Shown one piece after another: positions 29,155 through 39,903 of a stretch of 64,000 bases of DNA. Position numbers and translations under genes: made by a program. This DNA is from Kiritimatiellia bacterium (lineage in GTDB: Bacteria; Verrucomicrobiota; Kiritimatiellia; RFP12; UBA1067): NCBI GenBank assembly GCA_050949565.1, contig JBMNFY010000008.1:256001-320000 (forward strand), written 5' to 3'. Numbering within the stretch: the first letter of the stretch is position 1; each line of letters starts with the position of its first letter. A model generated the notes under the pieces. That model was not told where the DNA came from, did not search any database, and saw nothing but the letters and a program-made list of their open reading frames with translations.

Positions 29155-29440
29155 TAAACCTAAAAAGAGCAGTTGAGCATGCAGATTTTGAGAAAAGCCC
29201 CGTAAACATTGGCTTCCGTTGAGATCCGCGCCGCACCTATTTGGTGCAGAACGCCATTTCTGATTGGAACCACGGAACACACTAAACACACGGAAACAGA
29301 GCCATGCCTTTCCGTGTGTTCGGTGTGTTCCGTGGTTAAACAATCGATCCCGATAGCGATCCCGATCCCGATTTGGATGAAACCATGAAACCTTGAAACC
29401 AGAAACCAAGGAGAGTTGAAGGTTCAACTGCTCTTTTTAA
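29155..29440. repeat. Repeat mosaic bounded by a perfect 16-bp inverted repeat
   Basis: TAAAAAGAGCAGTTGA at 29161-29176 and its rc at 29424-29439; internal inverted CACGGAACA nonamer arrays, hexamers and octamers. Confidence 0.85.
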
Positions 29441-29463
29441 GCCGTCGCGCCGGCGCGGAGGCT

Positions 29464-29492
29464 TTGACACACCGACACGTTTGTGAGAAAAT
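29464..29492 (+). promoter_or_regulatory. Sigma70-type promoter of tkt
   Basis: TTGACA-N17-GAAAAT with TG extension. Confidence 0.55.
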
Positions 29493-29538
29493 GACGCCTC
29501 TTTATTCCTAGGAACCGCTTACGAGGGAGCTTGATTTT

Positions 29539-31542
29539 ATGAAATTGACGAATGAGTTGCTGGCGCTGACGGCCAATACGATCCGTTGCCTGTCCATCGA
29601 TGGCGTACAGGCTGCAAAATCGGGGCATCCGGGCGCACCGATGGGCCTAGCGGACATCGCTACTGTGTTGTGGCTCAAATATCTGAAGCACTCTTCGGCC
29701 GACTCCAAATGGCCTGACCGCGACCGCTTCGTGCTCTCCGGCGGCCATGGTTCGATGCTGCTGTACAGCCTCCTGCACCTTGCCGGCTATGATCTGCCGA
29801 TGGATGAACTGATGCGTTTCCGTCAGGTGGGCAGCCTCACGCCGGGGCATCCGGAATACGGACACACCGAGGGCGTGGAGACGACAACCGGACCGCTGGG
29901 CCAGGGCCTCGCCACAGCGATCGGCATGGCAATCGCGGAGCGCATGGCGGCGGCGCGCTTCAATGTCGCCGACAGCGATCCGGTGGTGGATCACCGCACT
30001 TGGGTGTTCTGCGGCGACGGCGACTTGGAAGAGGGCATCAGCCATGAGGCCTGCTCGCTCGCCGGGCACTTGAAACTCGACAAGCTGGTACTGTTTTATG
30101 ACAGCAACAATATCACCATCGAGGGCCGCACCGACCTCGCGCTCAGCGACGATGCCAAGAAGCGTTTCCAGGCCTATAACTGGCATGTGCTGGAGATCGA
30201 CGGCCATGACTTTGACCAGATCGACCGCGCGATCCGCAAGGCGCTCAGGCTGACCGGCAAGCCGGTGGTGATTATCTGCAACACGCTGATCGGCAAGGGC
30301 AGCCCCAACAAGCAGGACTCGGCTGCGGCGCATGGTGCGCCGCTCGGCGAAGAAGAGGTTAAGCTCACCAAGGCCGCGCTCGGCTTCGATCCCGAAAAAT
30401 CGTTCTATGTGCCGGAAGAAGTCACAACGCTGTTTAAGGAGCGCGCCGCGAAAACCAAGCGCATGATGGGCAAGTGGAAGCGCGTGTTCAAGGAGTGGAC
30501 CAAAGCCAATCCCGAACTGGCGGCGAAGTGGAAGGCGATGCACGAGGATCTGATTCCCATCGACATTGAGAACGCATTACCGGTCTTCGATCCCGCCAAG
30601 CCGGTGGCAACGCGCAGCGCGTCCGGCATCGTGCTCAACGCGCTGGCCAAGGTGTTGCCGCAGTTGGTCGGTGGCTCGGCCGATCTGGCGCCCAGCAACA
30701 TGACCTGGCTCAAGGATTTCGAGGCGATCGCGCCGGGTAACTTCGCGGGCCGCAATTTCCATTTCGGCGTCCGCGAAATCGCGATGGCCGCGATCATGAA
30801 CGGCATCCAGTTGCATGGCGGATTCCGCATCTTTGGCGGGACGTTCTTCGTGTTCAGCGATTACTGCCGTCCGTCGATGCGTCTCGCGGCATTGATGGGG
30901 CTGCCGGTGATCTATGTCTACACCCATGACAGCTTCTATGTGGGCGAGGACGGCCCGACGCACGAGCCGGTTGAACAGCTTGCGGCGCTGCGTTGCATGC
31001 CGAATGTCACGGTGATTCGTCCGGCTGATCCGACCGAAACCGCCGCCGCCTGGGTGGCCGCTCTGCGCAATAAGAAGGGGCCGACCGCCCTGTTGCTGAC
31101 ACGCCAAAACATGAAGGTGATTGACCGCACCAAGTTCCCGTCCGCCGCAAATGTCGAGAAAGGTGCGTATACCCTGTGGCAGAACGGCGTGGGAACCCCC
31201 GACCTGACCATCATCGCGACCGGCTCCGAGGTCGAACTGGCGCTGGATGCGGCGAAGCAGCTCGAAGGTAAAAACGTGCGCGTTGTAAGTATGCCGTCAT
31301 GGGAGCTGTTTGAGAAGCAGAACCAGACCTACCGTGACCGGATCATCGCCCCCGACTGCAAACGCCGTCTGGTGGTCGAGGCCGGCTGCTCGTTTGGCTG
31401 GGAACGTTACGCAGGAACCAAGTACGAGATGGTGACGCTTGACACCTTCGGCGCTTCGGGACCTTACAAGGAACTGGCCAAACAATTCGGCTTCACGGTC
31501 GAAAATGTCGTCGAAAAGGCGCGCGCGCTGCTGGCGCGTTGA
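29539..31542 (+). CDS. tkt: Transketolase
   Basis: SGHPGAPMG, RDRFVLSGGHGS, TTGPLGQG, GDGDLEEG, GEDGPTHEPVEQL. Confidence 0.97.
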   Translation: MKLTNELLALTANTIRCLSIDGVQAAKSGHPGAPMGLADIATVLWLKYLKHSSADSKWPDRDRFVLSGGHGSMLLYSLLHLAGYDLPMDELMRFRQVGSLTPGHPEYGHTEGVETTTGPLGQGLATAIGMAIAERMAAARFNVADSDPVVDHRTWVFCGDGDLEEGISHEACSLAGHLKLDKLVLFYDSNNITIEGRTDLALSDDAKKRFQAYNWHVLEIDGHDFDQIDRAIRKALRLTGKPVVIICNTLIGKGSPNKQDSAAAHGAPLGEEEVKLTKAALGFDPEKSFYVPEEVTTLFKERAAKTKRMMGKWKRVFKEWTKANPELAAKWKAMHEDLIPIDIENALPVFDPAKPVATRSASGIVLNALAKVLPQLVGGSADLAPSNMTWLKDFEAIAPGNFAGRNFHFGVREIAMAAIMNGIQLHGGFRIFGGTFFVFSDYCRPSMRLAALMGLPVIYVYTHDSFYVGEDGPTHEPVEQLAALRCMPNVTVIRPADPTETAAAWVAALRNKKGPTALLLTRQNMKVIDRTKFPSAANVEKGAYTLWQNGVGTPDLTIIATGSEVELALDAAKQLEGKNVRVVSMPSWELFEKQNQTYRDRIIAPDCKRRLVVEAGCSFGWERYAGTKYEMVTLDTFGASGPYKELAKQFGFTVENVVEKARALLAR

Positions 31543-31562
31543 TCGGACGAAGATTCGGCCCC

Positions 31563-33767
31563 ATGAATGAGCCGCCTGTAAAAACAAAAGGATACGCCTT
31601 TGGCACTTTCAAAGGCGTCTTCACGCCAAGCATCCTCACGATCCTCGGCGTGATCATGTACCTGCGTTTAGGGTGGGTGCTCGGCAATGTCGGACTCGCC
31701 CTGACGCTGGTCATCGTGACCGTCTCCAGTTCGGTCACGTTTCTCACCGGTCTCTCGGTGTCGGCGCTCGCCACCAACATGCACGTCAAGGGCGGCGGCG
31801 CGTATTATATGATTTCGCGCTCGCTCGGCGTCGAGGCCGGCGGCGCGATCGGCATCCCGCTCTTTCTGGCGCAGGCGATCAGCATCTCCTTCTACACCGC
31901 CGGTTTCGCCGAAGCGGTAGTCGCCTTGCTGCCGATGCTGGACGTCAAGATCGTGGGCCTGGTGACGCTCGCGATCCTCGGCCTGATCACCGTCTTCTCG
32001 GCCGACATCGCGCTGCGCACGCAGTTTATCGTCATAGCCTTGATCGCGCTCTCGCTGGTCTCTTTCTTCCTCGGCGGGCCACCGGATCCGGCCACCCTGA
32101 ACCCGCCGGACGTGATACCCGAAACGCTCGGCTTCTGGCCGGTACTGGCGGTCTTCTTCCCGGCCGTCACCGGTATCCTCTCGGGCGTGAGCATGTCCGG
32201 CGACCTCAAGAATCCGAGCCGCTCGCTGCCGCTTGGCACGATCTTGGCCGTATTGACCAGCTATGCGATCTACTTGGCGATCCCGATTTTTTTAAATACC
32301 GTCGTGCCGGACCGCGGCGTGTTGCTGACCGACTTTATGATCGTGCAAAAGGTCGCGCGCTGGGAATCGCTGATCATGCTCGGCGTCTGGGCGGCCACGC
32401 TCTCCAGCGCGGTCGGCTGCCTGCTCGCGGCGCCGCGCACGCTGCAAGCCTTGGCGTATGACGGCGTTGTGCCGAGATTTCTGGGGCGCGGCTACGGCGA
32501 GGGCAACGACCCGCGCATCGCGACGCTGCTCGCGCTGGCGATCGGCGCCGTCGGCATCCTGCTGGGCGACATCAACATGATCGCGCCGGTCCTGACCATG
32601 TTCCACCTCACGGCGTACGGGCTGCTCAACCTCTCCGCCGGGCTTGAGGAACTGGTGAGCAGCCCCTCGTGGCGGCCGCGCTTCCGTGTGCCTGCGGTGC
32701 TCTCGCTGATCGGCTTTGTCCTGTGTCTCCAAATGATGCTGATGATCAGCGCCGGCTGGACGCTGGTCGCGATCGCCTTTGTCGCCGCCGTCTACTGGGT
32801 GATGAAGCGCCGCGCGATGCGCGCGCGCTGGGGCGATATGCGGGTCGGGCTGTTGATGTTCGGCGCACGCGTTTTGATGCGGCGTCTGGCGCGGCATACC
32901 GGCGGCGAACGCAACTGGCGGCCGAACCTGCTGGTCTTGGCGGGTGCACCCACACGCCGCTGGCACTTGATTGAGATGGCCTACGCCATTTCGCGCAACC
33001 GCAGCTTGGTGACGGTCGCCTCGGTCATTCCCGAAAACACATGGACCGCCGACCGCGCTGAGAACCTGCGCCTGTCGATCTGCGGCTATCTGGAAAAGCA
33101 CGGGGTGGAAGCGCAGGTTCGCATCCAGCCCGGCGAGGACCACTGGTCGGGTATCCGCGAACTGGTACGCGCCTACGGCTACGGGCCGATCACGCCCAAC
33201 ACGGTGTTGATCGGCGTCTCGGACAAGCCGGAAAACCTGTTACCCTTTGCGCGGCTGGTGCAGCTAATCGCGCACACCCGCCGCAACCTGATCATCGTGC
33301 GAGAAACGGACGATGAAAGCGACGCAGACGCCGAGCCGTGCATCGACATCTGGTGGCGCGGTCTCGCGCCCAACGTCGCCTTCATGCTGGCACTTGCCTG
33401 CATGGTCAGGCGCAGTTCCGATTGGTCTGGCGCCCGGCTGCGCCTGTGCCGCATCGTCGAGAAAGAAGAGGCGCGTGACGAGGCGCAACGCACGCTTAGC
33501 GCCTTCCTCGCCCAAGCACGCGTGGACGCTGAGGTCGCGGTGCTGACACAGGACGGACGCCCCGCATTCGAGCGAATCAGAGAGGCCTCGCGCGACTCAT
33601 CCCTCGTTTTCCTCGGCGTACGTAAACCCGACGAGACTGAATCTGACGAAGCCTACGCGACGTATACCCGCGCGTTCCTCGAAGGCACCTCCGGTCTGCC
33701 GCTGACCGTCTTTGCCATGGCCGCCGAAACCGTCAACTTCCAAGGCATCTTCCAGTCTGGGGCCTGA
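31563..33767 (+). CDS. Cation-chloride cotransporter (SLC12-like) / amino acid permease
   Basis: FGTFKGVFTPSILTILGVIMYLR, GGGAYYMISRSLG, FFPAVTGILSG, NWRPNLLV, IDIWW. Confidence 0.88.
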   Translation: MNEPPVKTKGYAFGTFKGVFTPSILTILGVIMYLRLGWVLGNVGLALTLVIVTVSSSVTFLTGLSVSALATNMHVKGGGAYYMISRSLGVEAGGAIGIPLFLAQAISISFYTAGFAEAVVALLPMLDVKIVGLVTLAILGLITVFSADIALRTQFIVIALIALSLVSFFLGGPPDPATLNPPDVIPETLGFWPVLAVFFPAVTGILSGVSMSGDLKNPSRSLPLGTILAVLTSYAIYLAIPIFLNTVVPDRGVLLTDFMIVQKVARWESLIMLGVWAATLSSAVGCLLAAPRTLQALAYDGVVPRFLGRGYGEGNDPRIATLLALAIGAVGILLGDINMIAPVLTMFHLTAYGLLNLSAGLEELVSSPSWRPRFRVPAVLSLIGFVLCLQMMLMISAGWTLVAIAFVAAVYWVMKRRAMRARWGDMRVGLLMFGARVLMRRLARHTGGERNWRPNLLVLAGAPTRRWHLIEMAYAISRNRSLVTVASVIPENTWTADRAENLRLSICGYLEKHGVEAQVRIQPGEDHWSGIRELVRAYGYGPITPNTVLIGVSDKPENLLPFARLVQLIAHTRRNLIIVRETDDESDADAEPCIDIWWRGLAPNVAFMLALACMVRRSSDWSGARLRLCRIVEKEEARDEAQRTLSAFLAQARVDAEVAVLTQDGRPAFERIREASRDSSLVFLGVRKPDETESDEAYATYTRAFLEGTSGLPLTVFAMAAETVNFQGIFQSGA

Positions 33768-33791
33768 CCGTCTCCCAAAAAAGGAAACCGC

Positions 33792-36700
33792 ATGCACGCA
33801 CGAATAAGCCACCGAAACGTTTTCGCATTTTTCCTGTCGCTCTGGGCCTGTGCCGTACCGTGTGCGCGGACTGCGGAAGCTGTTACAACGGGCAACAAGC
33901 CAGTCTTCGCGCTCGACCAGCAAGACCCGCGTCTGACGGCCGGACAGCCCATCGAAGTCGCCGACCGTCCAGAACTGCGCCTACACCCAGGACTGGAGAT
34001 CACATGCCGCTTCCGGCTCGACAAGCTCAGGAACGGCACCCAGAACTTAGCCTCGAAAGATGGCGAGTTCCTGCTGCGCGTGGACGAATCAAAGAACGAG
34101 AGCGGACACCTCTCTTTCTTCGTCCAGATCGAAGGCAAATGGGAACATCGGCTGCGCGGACCGGTGGTCGAAACGAACATCTGGTATGACGTGCGCGCGG
34201 TATGGACAGGACACACGATGAGCCTAACCGTCAACGGCGAGAACTTTAGTCAGTCGCGTATGGGCCGCATCAGGCCCGGATCGAAACCGCTGTTGGTCGG
34301 ACCGGTCACCGGTACGCTCGCGCATCTCGAGGTATTCAACCCGGCCTTGGAACGGACCGCGCTTTTGACGGCCCTGTCCACAGAGACGGCGGCTCCGACC
34401 AAGTCCCGCTCTGGCTTCTTCCGCTCGATAAAGGATGCGTTCACCTCCGCCCCCTCCCCCAGTGCTGAGCACCCTGATATCCCGGTTGTGTTGGGCGGAC
34501 CTGCAGCATGGACCGGCTGGCAACCGCTCAACGGCGCTGCATGTCGGCAGGAAAAGGACGCACTCATCGCCGACTTCCCCAACACGACGGCTATGTTGGC
34601 AAGCCCGGCACTGTCGATCGATGTCGCCCCCTATCCTTTCCTCTGTTTCGATATCGACACCGACGGTCGCGGCGCGACAGGTACCCTCGATTTCATCACC
34701 GATTCCGGTACCGGATCGATCAGCTTCCAACCGCAGTCGAGCGGTCGGCCCACGATCCTCTCCGGTACGATGTCCGATGCCTGGACAGGGACGCTGCGCC
34801 GTCTGGCCGTGAGTTTCTGCGGCGCGACCGGACCAGTGCGAGTCCGCAATGTGACCCTGGCGAGCCGGCCCGTCGGCAAACCTGTCTTTTACATCCGCTC
34901 GCTCGCCGCAGGCCGCGCCAAGCTGCGCCCCGACCGCGAAGAGAGCGTAGTGGCCGGTATTCAAAACGTCGGTGGTGAAGCTGAAGCGATCATCGCGCGT
35001 CTAGAAGTACCCAAAGGGATCACCGCCATCGACGGCACCAAGCGGTGCATCGAGTGGCTGGGCATGGATGATTTCGACATGGTGACTTGGCGCATCCGGG
35101 CCGCGCGTCCCGGCACCTACACCGTGCGCTTGACCGTCTCCGCCAAGGGCGCGGAGACCAGTGTGCAGGATCTCGCGCTGACGGTCGAGCCGTGCCCCGA
35201 CCTGCCCCGCACCGGCTACGTGCCAGTGCCGCAACCGGCCAAGACCGACTACATCAACCTCATGCACTACTGCGCGCTCTGGAAGGAGGGCACGCACTGG
35301 GGCTGGAAACGGATCGAACCTTGGCCGGAAAAGCGTCCGGCTATTGGCTGGTATGACGAGGGCACGCCTGAAGTAGCCGACTGGCACATCAAGATGGCCG
35401 TGGAACACGGCATCACCGGCTTCATCTACTGTTGGTACCGCGCCGACTACGAGCCGACCATCAGCCAGCGTCTCGGTCACGCGATTCACGAGGGTCTTTT
35501 CAACGCCAAGTACCGCGACGCCTTCACCTTCACCATCATGTGGGAAAACGGCTGCGCCAAGGGCGTGAAGGACGAAGCCGACCTGCTTGACAACGTGTTG
35601 CCGTTCTGGATCAAGACCTACTTCACCCATCCTTCGTACCTCAAGATCGAGAACCAGCCGGTCCTTTTCGTATGGCAACCGCGCGTCCTGCTCGCCAACT
35701 TGGGCGGTCCTGAAAAAACGAAAGTGGCGCTCGACAAAATGCGCGAGCAGTGCCGCCAGGCCGGCTTCAGCGGCCTGCGCGTGATCGCCTGCATGAGTGC
35801 GGCCAACGCCAAGCTCGGCGCGGATATCGCCGCCAGCGGTTGGGACGCGGTCACGGGTTACGGCCTGTCGCCCGCCGGCGTCAAGACGGTCGGCGAAGAC
35901 CCGGCGGGACTCGCCTACCGCGACCACGCCGATGTGCTCAGCCGCTACCGGCAAACGTGGATCGACCGTGACGCCAGCACCGGCGACGTGCCGGACATTC
36001 CGAACGTGGTCATGGGCTGGGACGAGCGGCCGTGGGGGCGCGTCAGGCGCGGCAGCGGCAGCTACATCAAAGACCCCAAGGCCGAGAATTTCGAGGCGGC
36101 CTGCCGCGATGCCAAAGCACTCGTCGACGCCAAACCGGCCGGACGTTGGGACAGCAAGATCGTGGTCTTCGACAACTGGACTGAATTCGGCGAGGGTCAC
36201 TACGTCGAGCCGACCACCGGCACAGGCTTCACTTTCGTCAATGCCATCAAACGCGTCTTCTGCAGCGCATGGGCACCGGAAGCCGTGACCGACATCATCC
36301 CCGAAGACGTGGAACTGCCGCCGCCGCAGAAGCGCTATGAGGCGGTCCGCGCCGGCTTCGGCGACCGCATGCCGTGGCAATCGCTCCGTATCACCGGCGA
36401 CCTGCTGGCCAACTGGACCTTTGAGACCACAACCCGCGATGGGCTTCTGGCGGACGTCTCGCCGAATGGCTGCCACCTCGCCTGCGATGGCGTCACGCTG
36501 GAAGAAGGGCGTGACAGCCAGGTGCTGCGCTGCGGCAAGGGCGGCGCGACCGCAGCAATCCCCGCGCCCTTTTTCAGTCCCGGCGGCGTGACCGTCGCCC
36601 TCTGGTGCAAGCCCTCCGAGAAAGGACAAAGCGACCGCTGGATGCTGAACACCGTAAGCGGCAGCACGGACGGCTACCGTCTCGGGCTTGGCGGTGGCCG

Positions 36701-37004
36701 CGCGACTTGGCAGGTGCCGCGCGAGCCGTGGAGCCACTCGTTGACCAGTCCGGAGGCGCTGCCCGTCGATGCGTGGTCGCACGTAGCGGGCACCTTCGAC
36801 AACACCACCATGCGCCTCTACGTGAATGGCAAGGAGGTTGGCACGCTGGAGCGGCGCGGCTTCATCAACCCCGGCAACAGCATCACGGTCGGTGCGCACA
36901 GTGTCGATCTGGATCGCGCGCGCTTCCGCGGTTGTCTTGATGACGTGCGCCTCTACCGGCGCGTGCTGACGGCCGACGAAATCGCGAAGTTGGCGAAAGA
37001 GTAA
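33792..37004 (+). CDS. Secreted LamG + GH99-like glycoside hydrolase + LamG protein
   Basis: PAIGWYDE...MAVEHGITGFIYCWY, MWEN, DNWTEFGEGHYVEP; terminal LamG domains. Confidence 0.75.
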   Translation: MHARISHRNVFAFFLSLWACAVPCARTAEAVTTGNKPVFALDQQDPRLTAGQPIEVADRPELRLHPGLEITCRFRLDKLRNGTQNLASKDGEFLLRVDESKNESGHLSFFVQIEGKWEHRLRGPVVETNIWYDVRAVWTGHTMSLTVNGENFSQSRMGRIRPGSKPLLVGPVTGTLAHLEVFNPALERTALLTALSTETAAPTKSRSGFFRSIKDAFTSAPSPSAEHPDIPVVLGGPAAWTGWQPLNGAACRQEKDALIADFPNTTAMLASPALSIDVAPYPFLCFDIDTDGRGATGTLDFITDSGTGSISFQPQSSGRPTILSGTMSDAWTGTLRRLAVSFCGATGPVRVRNVTLASRPVGKPVFYIRSLAAGRAKLRPDREESVVAGIQNVGGEAEAIIARLEVPKGITAIDGTKRCIEWLGMDDFDMVTWRIRAARPGTYTVRLTVSAKGAETSVQDLALTVEPCPDLPRTGYVPVPQPAKTDYINLMHYCALWKEGTHWGWKRIEPWPEKRPAIGWYDEGTPEVADWHIKMAVEHGITGFIYCWYRADYEPTISQRLGHAIHEGLFNAKYRDAFTFTIMWENGCAKGVKDEADLLDNVLPFWIKTYFTHPSYLKIENQPVLFVWQPRVLLANLGGPEKTKVALDKMREQCRQAGFSGLRVIACMSAANAKLGADIAASGWDAVTGYGLSPAGVKTVGEDPAGLAYRDHADVLSRYRQTWIDRDASTGDVPDIPNVVMGWDERPWGRVRRGSGSYIKDPKAENFEAACRDAKALVDAKPAGRWDSKIVVFDNWTEFGEGHYVEPTTGTGFTFVNAIKRVFCSAWAPEAVTDIIPEDVELPPPQKRYEAVRAGFGDRMPWQSLRITGDLLANWTFETTTRDGLLADVSPNGCHLACDGVTLEEGRDSQVLRCGKGGATAAIPAPFFSPGGVTVALWCKPSEKGQSDRWMLNTVSGSTDGYRLGLGGGRATWQVPREPWSHSLTSPEALPVDAWSHVAGTFDNTTMRLYVNGKEVGTLERRGFINPGNSITVGAHSVDLDRARFRGCLDDVRLYRRVLTADEIAKLAKE

Positions 37005-37105
37005 AAAAGAGAGTGCCACCTAAACGCGGAAATGGTGTATAGTTCTGCGTGTAAAAGACGGGAAGCGCATGGTGTCGTTTCCCATGAAAACCTATCGGCA
37101 GGGAG

Positions 37106-38500
37106 ATGACTATGGCAGATCGTTCGGCAAAGTCCGGTGCCCCCGTGGTGTCGCGGGAGTTTTTGTTTCCGTTCGTGTTAACCACCTCGCTTTTCGCCCT
37201 CTGGGGTTTTGTGAACGACATCACCAATCCGATGGTCGCCGCCTTCAAAGCCGTCTTCGTCGAGATCAGCAACACGCAAAGCTCGCTGGTGCAGCTTGCC
37301 TTCTACGGCGGCTACGCCACGATGGCGATCCCCGCCGCGCTCTTCATCCGCAAGTACTCCTATAAGTCAGGCATCCTTCTCGGTCTGGCGCTCTACTCGC
37401 TCGGCGCGTTGCTCTTCTTGCCCGCCGCCTATACCGAGAACTTCTTTTGGTTCCCGTTCTCGCTCTACATCCTGACGTTCGGACTGGCCTTCTTGGAAAC
37501 CACCGCCAACCCGTACATCCTCTCGATGGGCGACCCCTCGACGGCTACGCGACGCCTGAATCTGGCGCAGGCCTTCAATCCGATGGGCTCGCTTCTCGGC
37601 ATGCTGGTCGCCAGCAAACTGGTGCTGCGCAACCTGCAAGCCAAAGATTTTTTCGCTGATATCACCGCGAAGCTGAGTGCTCAAGGCGTCCCCGAAAACG
37701 GTATGGCCGAAGCCATCAAAACGTACCTCGCTGAACCCGCCAATCAGGCCGCCTACGCCGCGATGAAAACCCATGACATCACCGTCATCCGCGACCCCTA
37801 CGTGATTCTGGGACTCGTGGTGGCCGTCTTCTTCTTTATCTTCCTGTTCTGCAAGCTCCCGGACCAGCGCGCCGCCGAGCAGATTCATCCCATCGAAACG
37901 GCCAAGCGTCTGTTCCGCAACCGCAATTGGGTCGGTGGCGTGATCGCCCAGACCTTCTATGTCGCGGCCCAGATCACTTGCTGGACCTATATCATCCAGT
38001 ACGCCGACAGAAACTGCGGCTTCAGCTTTGAACGCGCTCAGGACTGGAACATCGTCGCCATGATCATCTTTCTCAGCAGCCGCTTCATCTGTACCTTCCT
38101 CATGAAGTACATGAACGCCAGCCTGCTGCTCACTCTCTTGGCCATTGGGGGTATAGTGCTGACCACACTGACCATCCTGCTACAGAATGTGGCCGGTCTG
38201 GCCTGTCTGGTCGGTATCTCGGCCTGCATGTCGCTGATGTTCCCCACCATCTACGGTATCGCGCTGGACGGACTCGGCGAGGATGCCAAACTCGGATCCG
38301 CTGGCCTCATCTTCGCGATTGTCGGCGGAGCGCTGATGCCCATGGGCGCGGGCTGGTTCATCGACCAAGGCTCCTTCGATCTCGGCTTCATCACGCTGAC
38401 CGGCGAAAGCGCCGTGTTCGTGCTGCCGCTGAGCAGCTTCGTCGTGATCGCCATTTTCGGCTGGCGCACCTTCCGTTCCCTCAGGCGCAAACCCGCTTAA
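37106..38500 (+). CDS. fucP: L-fucose:H+ symporter family MFS permease
   Basis: LFALWGF, LVQLAFYGGY, FLETTANPY, RRLNLAQAFNPMG, MSLMFPTIY. Confidence 0.88.
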   Translation: MTMADRSAKSGAPVVSREFLFPFVLTTSLFALWGFVNDITNPMVAAFKAVFVEISNTQSSLVQLAFYGGYATMAIPAALFIRKYSYKSGILLGLALYSLGALLFLPAAYTENFFWFPFSLYILTFGLAFLETTANPYILSMGDPSTATRRLNLAQAFNPMGSLLGMLVASKLVLRNLQAKDFFADITAKLSAQGVPENGMAEAIKTYLAEPANQAAYAAMKTHDITVIRDPYVILGLVVAVFFFIFLFCKLPDQRAAEQIHPIETAKRLFRNRNWVGGVIAQTFYVAAQITCWTYIIQYADRNCGFSFERAQDWNIVAMIIFLSSRFICTFLMKYMNASLLLTLLAIGGIVLTTLTILLQNVAGLACLVGISACMSLMFPTIYGIALDGLGEDAKLGSAGLIFAIVGGALMPMGAGWFIDQGSFDLGFITLTGESAVFVLPLSSFVVIAIFGWRTFRSLRRKPA

Positions 38501-38515
38501 TCCGTGCCCACAGCC

Positions 38516-39892
38516 ATGCCCTCTAAAAAACCTGTCTCTCGCCGCAAAAAAACGCAGCCCGTCAAAACCTTCGTGCTCGACACCAACGTGCTGCTCCACT
38601 CACCGGTAGCCCTCGCCGTGTTTGACGACAACCATGTGGTCTTACCGATGGCCGTGCTCGAAGAATTGGACAAGTTCAAGACCCAGAGCTCCGAACTCGG
38701 ACGCAACGCGCGCGAGTCGATCCGCAAGCTGGACGCATTGTGCCAGAACGGCAAGCTCGCCGAGGGCGTCAAACTCCCCGGCGGCGGCACGCTACGCGTG
38801 CTGGCGACCCCCGAGATCGAAAAAGCCGGCCTGGAGGAGCACACCCCGGACAACGCCCTGATCCGGCTCGCCTACTGGTTGGGACGGCAGGGCGAACGCG
38901 TCATCATCGTCTCAATGGATATCAATGTCCGCGTCAAGGCCAACGCCGTCGGACTCGACGCCGAGGACTTCGAGCACGAAAAGGTCAACTTCGACGAGCT
39001 TTACAGCGGTTATCTGGAGACCACCGCGCCGCTCTCGGTCATCAAGCGGCTCTACGACGGACAGGTGCTCGCCTCTGCCCCAGACAAGTACCACCCCAAC
39101 ATGTTCCTGCACCTGACCGCTACCGGCAAGAGCGACCTCAAAGTCATCGCGCGTGTCTTCCCGGACGGCACACTGTCCGAGATCAACATCGCGATCGACA
39201 CCGTGTATGGTATCCAGTCGCGCAACATCGAGCAACGCATGGCGCTCGAACTGCTGATGGATCCCGCCGTCAGCATCGTCACGCTCGTCGGACAGGCCGG
39301 CACCGGCAAAACGCTGCTGGCGCTGGCGGCCGGTCTGCACCTCGTGCAGCGTGAACGCCTCTACGACCGCATCCTCGTCTCGCGCCCGATCGTGCCGCTC
39401 GGCAAAGACATCGGCTACCTGCCCGGCGACAAGGAGGAGAAGCTCTCGCACTGGATGGAGCCGATCTTCGACAACCTCGAATACCTGCTGCGCAAGACGC
39501 AGCCCGACCAGCCGCCGGCCGGCGCCAAGAAGCGGCCACGCCTGCTGACGCCCCAGGAGCGCATCACCCAACTGCTCGACAGCGACACGTTGGAACTGGA
39601 AGCGCTCACCTATATCCGCGGACGCTCCATCTCCAGGCAGTACATGATTGTCGACGAGGCGCAGAACCTCACGCCGCACGAGGTCAAGACCGTGGTCAGC
39701 CGCGCGGGCGAGGGCACGAAGGTCATCCTGACCGGCGACCCCTATCAGATCGACAACCCCTACCTCGACGCATCCAGCAACGGCCTGACCTACGCGGCCG
39801 AACGTCTGAAGGAGTTGCCGCTCCACGGCCATGTAACGTTGCGTCAGAGCGAACGCAGCCAACTGGCAGCGGCCGCCGCCAAATATCTCTAA
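38516..39892 (+). CDS. PIN-PhoH fusion protein (PhoH2/YlaK type)
   Basis: FVLDTNVLLH PIN domain; GQAGTGKT Walker A; YIRGRS, VDEAQNLT, LTGDPYQID. Confidence 0.92.
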   Translation: MPSKKPVSRRKKTQPVKTFVLDTNVLLHSPVALAVFDDNHVVLPMAVLEELDKFKTQSSELGRNARESIRKLDALCQNGKLAEGVKLPGGGTLRVLATPEIEKAGLEEHTPDNALIRLAYWLGRQGERVIIVSMDINVRVKANAVGLDAEDFEHEKVNFDELYSGYLETTAPLSVIKRLYDGQVLASAPDKYHPNMFLHLTATGKSDLKVIARVFPDGTLSEINIAIDTVYGIQSRNIEQRMALELLMDPAVSIVTLVGQAGTGKTLLALAAGLHLVQRERLYDRILVSRPIVPLGKDIGYLPGDKEEKLSHWMEPIFDNLEYLLRKTQPDQPPAGAKKRPRLLTPQERITQLLDSDTLELEALTYIRGRSISRQYMIVDEAQNLTPHEVKTVVSRAGEGTKVILTGDPYQIDNPYLDASSNGLTYAAERLKELPLHGHVTLRQSERSQLAAAAAKYL

Positions 39893-39903
39893 CCCGCACA
39901 CCC

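Noticed and set aside
29177-29265. Possible dif/att site (CCCGTAAACATTGG, GCACCTATTTGGTGC)
   Set aside because: It does not match the XerC/XerD 28-bp consensus, and no recombinase is nearby.
35001-37019. Long antisense ORF (672 aa), and similar ones at 14683-15864, 4396-5427 and 49727-50950
   Set aside because: These are shadows of real genes caused by high GC3; they have no motifs or RBS.
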